Part shown: piece by piece, positions 17,414-25,023 of the stretch
Position numbering within the stretch: the stretch's first letter is position 1
Layout of the letters: every line of letters begins with the position of its first letter
Assembly (NCBI GenBank): GCA_934660865.1
Contig: CAKUIA010000012.1
Coordinates: forward strand, 622-32,621
Length of the DNA: 32,000 nt
Source of the DNA: an uncultured Opitutales bacterium
GTDB lineage: Bacteria > Verrucomicrobiota > Verrucomicrobiia > Opitutales > Intestinicryptomonadaceae
Direction of reading: 5' to 3'
The notes under the pieces: generated by a model
Seen by the model: only the letters and a program-made list of their open reading frames with translations
The model's database searches: none
Told to the model about the DNA's origin: nothing
Program-made: the position numbers and the translations under genes

Positions 17414-20400
17414 AAAAATTTGCGATAATAATGGTTTCCATTGCCGCCGTTTTGGCGCTTGCAATTACCGCGCTTTTTACCGAAAGCGTGCAGACAAAAT
17501 TGGCGAACAAAATTTTGTCGGAAAACTTTTCGGGCTCGAAAGTGCAGTCGGTAAAAATTCTGCCGAATTTTGCGAAAATAGAAAACGCCGAGATAGACAC
17601 AGATTCGGCTACGCTTAGCTTCGACAGCCTGACCGTTAAGTATTCGCTGTTTAGTGCAATTTTCGGCGGCGAAATAAAGATTGAAAATCTCGACTTTTGC
17701 AACGGCGTTCTTTCCCTTAAAGAAAAGCCCAAAGCGGGGCAAAACGCCGTTGCCAACCCCAAAAAAACAGGCACCGTTGCGGCAGAAAGTGCACCCGCAA
17801 CTCCCGAAAACCCTACAAATGGAAAAACAGACCAACCGCATGCCCGCAAGGCGGCAAAAGGCTTCGGCTACAAAATTTCGCTTTCGAATGCAAACGCAAG
17901 CCTTGCCCTGCGCGACAAAAATGCCGACTTATGCCGCGCCGAAATCTCGGTTAAGGATTTTTATGCCGACAAAAACTTCGCCGTTCAAACCCTCGTTTTT
18001 TCGGCAAAACTAAATTCGGCAAAAACGCCCGATTCGATAACCGCGCAAGCCTCGCTAATGGAAAGCGCCTCGGGCAAAACGCTAAACGCGCTGGCGTCTT
18101 TAAACGGCAAAGACCTTTTTAAGGCAAACGGCCGGCTCGACAAAAATTTAAAAAGCGCAAACCTTTCGCTTTCCTGCAAGGCGACGGAAAACGACATTAA
18201 AAATTTTGTGCCTTTGCGCGGCGCAAAATTTGCGTGCGACATTTTCGCAAAGCTAAACGCACAAAACGGCTTCGGCGACATCTCGGGGCTGGCAAGGGTT
18301 TTGGTTGAAGGCAAAGACCTTGGCAATTTAAACGAAAACCTTAACCTTTTGCGCGAACCTAAGTTGGACGCCGTTTGCGAATTTGCGGGCAACATGCAGG
18401 CGCTGCAAATTTCGTCGCTATCGGCCGAGATTTTCGACGACAGCAACCCGCTGGTAAAAATTTCGCTCGAAGAAAACGCCGTATTTAACTTTTCGGACAA
18501 AAGCTTTGCAAGCGCCCCGAAAATAACGCTGCAGCTAAACGAAATCCCGCAAAGCGTGTTCAAAAAATTCGCGCCAAATGCGGACTTTTCGGTAAAGAAA
18601 GTCGGAGCTGTTTTCCTGCTTACGCCCGACTTGCAAAAAAAATCGCTGCTTATAAAAACGCAAAAAAGTTTTTACGCCGAAAACATTTCGCTTATAAAAG
18701 ACGGCCGCGAACTTCTCCCAAACGAACTGTTCTTTAGCTCGGATTTTAGCGCGCAGGTAGCTTTCGACCTTTCCGAACAAAGGGCGTCGGGCAAGCTGTA
18801 TTTGTCGGCTAACGGGCAAAACGGCATAGGCAACAACTTTTCGTTTTCGGGCAAAAACGGGGTTTTCGAATTTGCGGTAGAAAGCACAGGCAACATAGGC
18901 GGCTTTTTAGGCGCCGAAGATTTGTCCGACTTTTCGGCCAATATTGCTGGCTCTTTTAAAGACGGCGTAATTTCGCTGAAAAAGTTTGACCTAGCGCAAA
19001 AAGACAACAACTCGACCAATGTTTTTGAATTTTCGTTTGCCGGCGACATAGACACAAAAAATCCGCTACAAAAAGATTTCGACGCCACCGTTGGTCTGAA
19101 CAAATTTCCCCTCTCAACGCTGGGGCGGTATATTCCCGATTTTTCGGCAAAAACGGCTTCGGGCAAACTGGGCGCAAGCAACAAAAACGGCGGCCTGGAC
19201 TTTTCGGGCGACATATCCGCCGAAAATATTTCGTATGCGAAAGACGGCAAATACCTGATAAAAAATACGGGCGTAAAAGCGGCATTTTTGGGCAAGCTAG
19301 GCGGCAAACAACTCTTTGCAAAAGCCGACAAACTTTCGCTTTCGAAAAACTCGGCCGAATTTTTCGACGCGTCGGGTCGGGCAAACATTTCGCTGGAGGG
19401 CATGGCACTTAAAAGCGCGTCGGCAAAGGTCAAAATTTCGCTGCCAAAGTTTATGGACATTGCCGCAATAAGCGACTTTAACAACTTCCTTTCGGGCCTT
19501 GCCGAGCTTTCGGTTAAAGTAGACGGCAAAAATCTGGACTTTTCGGGCAAGCTCTTTAACCTGACGCCGAAAACAAAGGCTGCGAAAATCGAAACAATGG
19601 ATTTGTCGGCCGAAATAAGCGATTTTTACAATCCCAATTCGGCAAAACTTAAAACGCAAATTTTCTCGAAGCAGGGAAATTCCGACATGGAATTTACCGC
19701 AAAAAAATCGCAGCTAAACGACTATAAATTAACGCTTGATTCGAGGCGTTTGGAATGCGCGCATTTTGCGGTTTTGGCGGAATTGTTCAACAAGCCCGCG
19801 GGGGCAAAAAGCGCAAACATAGCGGCAAAAACAAAAACCCAGTCAGCCGAAGCGAAAGCGCAAAAACAGCCGCAAAATGCGCGCGCCGTTGCCCCGAAAG
19901 CCTCCGCACAAAACATTGCAACACCCGCACGGCAAAAGGCTGTTTGGGATACGGGATACTCGTTTTCGCTTTCCTCGCAGCTAAACGAAATTTATTTTAA
20001 CGAAAGGGAAATTGCAAAATCGCTAAAGCTTTTTGCCGAGCTGGACAAAAATGCCGTTCGGGTAAAAAGCCTGGATTTTATATCGTTTAAAACGCCCTGC
20101 TCGGCAAACGCAAACCTTTTGTTTGCCGACAATATCTACAATTTAAACGCGCTAAAATTCTCGGCAAAGAACGCCGATTTTTCGGACTTTACAAAGTTTG
20201 AAAATTCCGAAGCAAATATGCTAGACGGGCTTTTCGACATAGATATTTCGGCTTCGTCAAAAGCGGACAGCCCGCAAAAACTTGCCGAAAATATCCTTGC
20301 AAAGCTGTCCGTTAAAAACACAAAGGGCGGCATGCTGCGCCTTATAGACCCCGACTCCAATACGGGAGCTGCAATGGGCATTGCCCAAAGCGCGCTTAAG

Positions 20401-20850
20401 ATAGGCGCTGGGCTTTTGTCGAACAGGGTAAAGGAGACAAAGGGCATAGAGGCCGTATATTCCATGTTCAGAGAGTTTAAATTCGACAGCTTCCTGTTCG
20501 AGCTTGAAAGGAATACGGACAAAAACATAGTAATAAAGAGCGGCGAGATTGTCGGCAAAGAAATCACCATTTGCGCCGACGGCAAAATGGCGTATGCGGA
20601 AAAGCTGCCCTTTAACATGTATCCGCTTAGCGCAAAGGGCCGCGTTTACGTAAAGAACGGCGACACCGAATTTCTCTTTAAAAAGCTCGGCCTTATAAAA
20701 AGCGCAACATCGCCCATAAACGGCTATAGCACGGGCCCCGAATTCGACGTTTACGGCAATTTGCAGTCGCCGAAAAACAACCTTTCCGACATTCTAAAAG
20801 ACGCAACCGCCGCGGGAGCCACCTCTATTATAAACTCGTTTTTAAAATAA
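17410..20850 (+). CDS. Large AsmA-like envelope protein of 1146 aa with an N-terminal anchor
   Basis: Its start overlaps the upstream stop (ATGA at 17410-17413). It has a single N-terminal TM helix followed by an AsmA-like pattern (LSFDSLTVKYSLFSAIFGGEIKIENLDFCNGVLSLKE). The rest is a long beta-rich repetitive body with recurring LDFSG/DFSAK motifs. The C-terminal segment PEFDVYGNLQSPKNNLSDILK resembles the AsmA/TamB-type C-terminus. Confidence 0.55.
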   Translation: MKKFAIIMVSIAAVLALAITALFTESVQTKLANKILSENFSGSKVQSVKILPNFAKIENAEIDTDSATLSFDSLTVKYSLFSAIFGGEIKIENLDFCNGVLSLKEKPKAGQNAVANPKKTGTVAAESAPATPENPTNGKTDQPHARKAAKGFGYKISLSNANASLALRDKNADLCRAEISVKDFYADKNFAVQTLVFSAKLNSAKTPDSITAQASLMESASGKTLNALASLNGKDLFKANGRLDKNLKSANLSLSCKATENDIKNFVPLRGAKFACDIFAKLNAQNGFGDISGLARVLVEGKDLGNLNENLNLLREPKLDAVCEFAGNMQALQISSLSAEIFDDSNPLVKISLEENAVFNFSDKSFASAPKITLQLNEIPQSVFKKFAPNADFSVKKVGAVFLLTPDLQKKSLLIKTQKSFYAENISLIKDGRELLPNELFFSSDFSAQVAFDLSEQRASGKLYLSANGQNGIGNNFSFSGKNGVFEFAVESTGNIGGFLGAEDLSDFSANIAGSFKDGVISLKKFDLAQKDNNSTNVFEFSFAGDIDTKNPLQKDFDATVGLNKFPLSTLGRYIPDFSAKTASGKLGASNKNGGLDFSGDISAENISYAKDGKYLIKNTGVKAAFLGKLGGKQLFAKADKLSLSKNSAEFFDASGRANISLEGMALKSASAKVKISLPKFMDIAAISDFNNFLSGLAELSVKVDGKNLDFSGKLFNLTPKTKAAKIETMDLSAEISDFYNPNSAKLKTQIFSKQGNSDMEFTAKKSQLNDYKLTLDSRRLECAHFAVLAELFNKPAGAKSANIAAKTKTQSAEAKAQKQPQNARAVAPKASAQNIATPARQKAVWDTGYSFSLSSQLNEIYFNEREIAKSLKLFAELDKNAVRVKSLDFISFKTPCSANANLLFADNIYNLNALKFSAKNADFSDFTKFENSEANMLDGLFDIDISASSKADSPQKLAENILAKLSVKNTKGGMLRLIDPDSNTGAAMGIAQSALKIGAGLLSNRVKETKGIEAVYSMFREFKFDSFLFELERNTDKNIVIKSGEIVGKEITICADGKMAYAEKLPFNMYPLSAKGRVYVKNGDTEFLFKKLGLIKSATSPINGYSTGPEFDVYGNLQSPKNNLSDILKDATAAGATSIINSFLK

Positions 20851-20856
20851 AAATAT

Positions 20857-21633
20857 ATGGAAAACAAAATTACAACACACGATATTTTGCAGGCAAAAAA
20901 CACGCGCAAGCTTGCAATGATTACGGCCTACGACGCCCTGTTTGCCCGCTTGGCCGACTTGGGCGGAGCCGACATGATTTTGATAGGCGACTCTGTAGGC
21001 AACAATTTTCTCGGATTCGACAGCACCATACCCGTAAGCCTTGCCGATATGCTGCACCACACAAAGGCGGTTGCAAGGGCAAATACAAAGGCTTTGGTTG
21101 TAGCCGATATGCCTTTTTGCGAGGCAAACTACTCTTTCGACAGGCTGTTGGATTCTGCAAAATCGCTTATCCAGGCGGGGGCAAGCGCGATAAAAATTGA
21201 GGGCGCAGGCTCTATTGCCGAAAAGATTGCAGGGCTTACCGAAGCGGGCATTGCGGTTGTAGGCCATATAGGGCTTCAGCCGCAGCAGTTTTTAAAACTG
21301 GGCAAATACCGAAAATTCGGCAAAACCGAAGAGGAAAAAAACAGGCTTATAAGCGGGGCAAAGCAGCTTGAAAGCGCGGGCGTGTTTGCCATTGTTTTGG
21401 AAATGACGGACGCGGAAACTGCAAAGGCAATAAGCGAAAGCGTTTCGGTGCCCACCATAGGCATAGGGTCGGGCCCCCATTGCGACGGCCAAGTTCTTGT
21501 TATGACCGATATGCTGGGGCTAAACGACTTTTCCCCGAAATTCGCAAAACGCTACGCAAATTTAAAAGAGCAAATCGTAAACGCCTATTCGCAATATGTG
21601 TCGGAAGTCAGAAGCGGAAAATTTCCCGAATAG
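20857..21633 (+). CDS. panB: 3-methyl-2-oxobutanoate hydroxymethyltransferase
   Basis: It carries typical PanB sequence: KLAMITAYDA, ILIGDSVGN, VVADMPF, IKIEG, GHIGLQPQ and IGIGSG.HCDGQVLV. Confidence 0.9.
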   Translation: MENKITTHDILQAKNTRKLAMITAYDALFARLADLGGADMILIGDSVGNNFLGFDSTIPVSLADMLHHTKAVARANTKALVVADMPFCEANYSFDRLLDSAKSLIQAGASAIKIEGAGSIAEKIAGLTEAGIAVVGHIGLQPQQFLKLGKYRKFGKTEEEKNRLISGAKQLESAGVFAIVLEMTDAETAKAISESVSVPTIGIGSGPHCDGQVLVMTDMLGLNDFSPKFAKRYANLKEQIVNAYSQYVSEVRSGKFPE

Positions 21634-22153
21634 CCGAAAAGCCTATTATGTTGCCTCCTCTAAAATTCACGGCAGGGGGCTTTTTGCCGCGCGCGACGTA
21701 AAAAAAGGCGAGCGCATAATAGAGTATTTGGGCGACAGAATTTCGGCCGACGAAGCCGACAGGCGCGGCATTGAATACGAAAAAACCGCGCACGAAACGG
21801 GCAAGGGAGCAGTCTACATTTTCGAAGTTGACGACGACTTGTACATAGACGGCAATTTCGACTATAACGACGCAAAATACATAAACCACGCCTGCCGCAC
21901 AAACTGCCAAGCCGTGGAGGAAAACGGACGCATTTTTATAGAAACTACAAAAGACGTTTTAAAAGACGAGGAGTTTTTATACAACTACGGCTACGCTTTT
22001 GAGCACTTTTTGGAACACCCGTGCAAATGCGGGTTTCCCGAATGTTGCGGCTATATTATAGCCGAATGCGACAGGCCAAAGCTAAAAAAAATGCTTAGGG
22101 GCAGGCGCCCGAAATGGCTTAAAAAACGCCCCGAAAACGGGAGCGAAAAATAG
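21596..22153 (+). CDS. SET-domain protein (lysine) methyltransferase with a post-SET Cys cluster and a basic C-terminal tail
   Basis: SET motifs are present: SSKIHGRGLFA, RIIEYLG, NHACRTNC (from 21884) and EEFLYNYGY. The post-SET motif CKCGFPEC fits CxCx4C (22022-22045). The tail is RPKLKKMLRGRRPKWLKKRPENGSEK. The only in-frame ATG overlaps the panB 3' end by 38 nt, so the start is uncertain. Confidence 0.75.
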   Translation: MCRKSEAENFPNSRKAYYVASSKIHGRGLFAARDVKKGERIIEYLGDRISADEADRRGIEYEKTAHETGKGAVYIFEVDDDLYIDGNFDYNDAKYINHACRTNCQAVEENGRIFIETTKDVLKDEEFLYNYGYAFEHFLEHPCKCGFPECCGYIIAECDRPKLKKMLRGRRPKWLKKRPENGSEK

Positions 22154-22171
22154 GGGTTTGCCCGAAAAAAA

Positions 22172-23041
22172 TCAAACCGCAAAACCCAAAACTTTTCTGG
22201 CGTTGTTTTCGAAAAAGTCGGGCAAAAAGCTTTCGGGCAGGTTTTGCGCGGCTTCGTCTTTAAGGGTTTTTATGTCGGCTGTTTTTTGGGTTTTTGGATA
22301 CAGCCTAAGCGAATAGTCGCTGCCGAAAAGCAGGTTGCCGCCCGAATTTTCGAACGCCGTTTGCCAACGCTCTTTGCCGTATAAAAGCGGGAAGGCTGCC
22401 GTGTCGAAAAAGGCGTTCTTTTTTGCGAATTTTCGGCGCAAAATTTCGCCGCCGGCCAAATGCGCAAAAATAAAGTTTACATTTTCGAATTTGTCGGCAA
22501 GCCCGAAAGCGGCGTTATTGTCGGTAAAAATCTTGCCGCTATACATTTTGCCGAACGGGTCGCCCAAATGCAGGCAAACGGGCAGTTTTTCGGCGTCGCA
22601 TATTTGCATAAGCTTTAAAAACTCGGGGCTTTTGTACGAAAAGTTTTGAACGGCATCGCACAATTCGCCCACACCGCAAAAACCGCGGCTTCTTGCGCTT
22701 TGCAAAATCTTTTTAGAGCCCTCGAAATCGGCGGGGTTTATCGCGGCAAAAGCCGATATTCTGTCGGGATAGGCCTTTGCAAAATCAAGAGCCGTATCGT
22801 TTGCGTACATACATGTTTTTGTGTTTTGCCAATAGGCCCCGTTTAAAACACTCCTTTTTATGCAGGCGTTGTCCATGGCGGCCAAAAAGGTTTCTCTTTC
22901 GGTAAAATCCTGCAAAGTTTTGCGGTTTTGCGGAGACAAAAGCGAGCCCCAATAGGGTTCGTTTTGTTGCCCGCACCAAAGCCCAGCCGGCATTTTTAAC
23001 GGCGGGAAAAAGTGCGTGTGAATGTCCGCAAAATTTGCCAT
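22172..23041 (-). CDS. Metal-dependent TIM-barrel hydrolase of the amidohydrolase-2 family
   Basis: This is ORF 22172..23065 trimmed to MANFADIHTHFFPP, which carries the HxH metal motif at the N-terminus. Its ATG shares one base with the uppP stop (TAATG). The substrate is unknown. Confidence 0.55.
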   Translation of the reverse strand: MANFADIHTHFFPPLKMPAGLWCGQQNEPYWGSLLSPQNRKTLQDFTERETFLAAMDNACIKRSVLNGAYWQNTKTCMYANDTALDFAKAYPDRISAFAAINPADFEGSKKILQSARSRGFCGVGELCDAVQNFSYKSPEFLKLMQICDAEKLPVCLHLGDPFGKMYSGKIFTDNNAAFGLADKFENVNFIFAHLAGGEILRRKFAKKNAFFDTAAFPLLYGKERWQTAFENSGGNLLFGSDYSLRLYPKTQKTADIKTLKDEAAQNLPESFLPDFFENNARKVLGFAV

Positions 23042-24075
23042 TAAATGCAAAGGAAATACAGGCAAAGCACGGCGCTTAGCGCTATCCTATACCACGCAAA
23101 GGGGGCAAGCCCCCTTCTTGTTAGAAAGCCCACAAGCCACTTTACGCAAACCAAAGCGCATATAAACGAAACTATAAGCCCCACCAACAGGGGCAAAACC
23201 GAAAGCGCATTTAGCATATTTTGCCCGTCTTTGGCTATCTTAAAAAAGCTTGCCGCCGAAAGCGTAAGCAGCCCCAGCAAAAAGCTGAATTTTGCCGAAG
23301 AGGCGGGATTAAGCCCCGCAATGTAGCCGCCCAAGATGGTCATCATAGACCTGCTTGTTCCCGGCCACATTGCAACAACCTGCAAAAAGCCTATTAAAAG
23401 GCTTTGTTTTACGCTTAAATCGGACAAGTCGGTATCGGGTTTTTTAGACGCCTTTTCCCCAAGTTTTTTTTGGACAAAAAGCATAAGCAAACCGCCAGCA
23501 AAAAGCGCAAAAACCACGGGGTATACGCCGAAGAGATATTCGTCGATATAGTCGTGCAGCAAAAGGCCTATAACCGCCGCGGGCATAAAGGCCGCAATTA
23601 TATTCCTTGCAAGAAACAGCCCCTTTTTGCTTTTGCCGAAAACGCCCTTTACAATTTCCCAAACGCTTTCCCAATACAAGGCCAAAACCGCCAATATTGC
23701 GCCAAGCTGTATTATAACGGCGTAGGCGTCGGCGGCCTTTTTCATTGTATAAACAACTTCTTTGCCGCTTTTTTTGCTCTGCTTTTTGTCTACAACAATG
23801 TTGCCTTTGGTGTCTTTTAGCGGGGTTTCCGAATCAAGCCCAAGAACGCTGTTTGTCAATATAAGGTGCCCCGTAGACGACACGGGCAGATATTCGGTTA
23901 TGCCCTCTACTATGCCCAAAACAACCGAATCGAAAACCGATATGTCGGTTTTTTGCGCAATGTTATCGCCCGCAGCCGCCGCCTTTGTGTTTAAGGGCAA
24001 GCCCGCAGTTTGCGAAAATGAAAAGCTAGCGCACATAAAAAACAAAAGCGCGCAAAATATGTTGCCAATTTTCAT
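23041..24075 (-). CDS. uppP: Undecaprenyl-diphosphate phosphatase (UppP/BacA) with an N-terminal extension and an internal charged insertion
   Basis: It has the signature VEGITEYLPVSSTGHLIL and a polytopic C-terminal half with PGTSRS. At 344 aa it is longer than the roughly 270 aa I recall as typical. Confidence 0.85.
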   Translation of the reverse strand: MKIGNIFCALLFFMCASFSFSQTAGLPLNTKAAAAGDNIAQKTDISVFDSVVLGIVEGITEYLPVSSTGHLILTNSVLGLDSETPLKDTKGNIVVDKKQSKKSGKEVVYTMKKAADAYAVIIQLGAILAVLALYWESVWEIVKGVFGKSKKGLFLARNIIAAFMPAAVIGLLLHDYIDEYLFGVYPVVFALFAGGLLMLFVQKKLGEKASKKPDTDLSDLSVKQSLLIGFLQVVAMWPGTSRSMMTILGGYIAGLNPASSAKFSFLLGLLTLSAASFFKIAKDGQNMLNALSVLPLLVGLIVSFICALVCVKWLVGFLTRRGLAPFAWYRIALSAVLCLYFLCI

Positions 24076-24078
24076 ATA

Positions 24079-24678
24079 TCAATAAATTTTCCTTGAATCC
24101 AACGCGCTTTTTATGGTCGAAGAATCGGCAAAAAGCAGCGCGCTGCCGCTCGGCAAACCGAAACCTATGCGGCTTAGCTTAACCTGCGGCATATCGGCAA
24201 AAACGGCCTCCTGCAAGTAGCGGCAGGTTGCCTCGCCCTCTATGTCGTTCGACAACGCCAAAATTATTTCGGCAACCGAATTTTTTATTACAAGCTCCTT
24301 AAGGCGGTCTATGCCCAATTTTTCGGGACCAATGCGCTTTAAGGGCGAAAGCTTGCCCCCCAAAACAAAGTATCTGCCGCGCCACGCCCCCGACTTTTCT
24401 ATCGAAAATATGTCGAGAACACTTTCTACAACGCAAACGGCGTCGGCACGGCGCGAAGGGTCGGCACAAATGCGGCAGGGCTTTCCGCCTTCGGAAAGCG
24501 CGCCGCACTCGGGGCACGCACTAAGCGAATTTAAAGCCTCGTCTATGCACCGGCGCAAAAGCGCGCCAAGCTCGCGGTTTTCTACCGCAATGTTCAGGGC
24601 AATGCGTTCGGCGGCTTTCGCCCCTATTCCGGGAGCCTTTCGCAAAGCCGCCTTTAGGTTTTCGAAAGCGTCCGACAT
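24079..24678 (-). CDS. recR: Recombination protein RecR
   Basis: It has the HhH motif PGIGAKAAERIA, the C4 zinc finger CPECG...CRIC and a Toprim region (VCVVES...DIEGEAT). It lies directly downstream of ybaB. Confidence 0.9.
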   Translation of the reverse strand: MSDAFENLKAALRKAPGIGAKAAERIALNIAVENRELGALLRRCIDEALNSLSACPECGALSEGGKPCRICADPSRRADAVCVVESVLDIFSIEKSGAWRGRYFVLGGKLSPLKRIGPEKLGIDRLKELVIKNSVAEIILALSNDIEGEATCRYLQEAVFADMPQVKLSRIGFGLPSGSALLFADSSTIKSALDSRKIY

Positions 24679-24690
24679 AGCGCAAATTTG

Positions 24691-24999
24691 CTAGAACAAG
24701 CCGGGAATGCTAAAGCCGCCCGTAACCTTGCCCATTTGCTCTTCGCCCAAAGCCTTCGCCTTTGCCGCGGCTTCGTTAATGGCTTCCAAAATTGCGCTTT
24801 CTACAACCTGGGCGTCTTCCTTCAAAAATTCGGGATCAAGCTTTATGGACTTTATTGCGCCGTGGCCGTTTGCGGTAATTTTAACCGCTCCGCCGCCGCT
24901 GGAAACTTCAACCGTCTGGTTTTCGAGTTCGGCCTGAACGCCCTCCATGGCTTTTTGCATTTTTTGGGCCTGTTTTAAAAGTTTACCTACTCCTGGCAT
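24691..24999 (-). CDS. ybaB: Nucleoid-associated protein of the YbaB/EbfC family
   Basis: It is 102 aa, begins LLKQAQKMQKAMEGVQAEL and contains GGGAVKITANG. It shows the classic ybaB-recR pairing. Confidence 0.9.
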   Translation of the reverse strand: MPGVGKLLKQAQKMQKAMEGVQAELENQTVEVSSGGGAVKITANGHGAIKSIKLDPEFLKEDAQVVESAILEAINEAAAKAKALGEEQMGKVTGGFSIPGLF

Positions 25000-25023
25000 T
25001 TTATTTCCTTTTTTAATGTTTTG

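Noticed and set aside
19190-19560. Recurrent nucleotide strings such as CTGGACTTTTCGGGC, considered as possible tandem or CRISPR-like repeats.
   Set aside because: They are irregularly spaced and in frame, encoding the recurring LDFSG/DFSAK peptide motif of the beta-rich protein. There is no repeat-spacer periodicity and no non-coding array.
17985-20618. Several long minus-strand ORFs (17985-18563, 18672-19550, 19297-19659, 20136-20618) inside the AsmA-like gene.
   Set aside because: They are Ser/Phe/Ala/Lys-rich shadow frames of a compositionally biased, repetitive coding sequence. They have no start context or motifs. The plus-strand frame is open for 3.4 kb and has coherent N- and C-terminal features.
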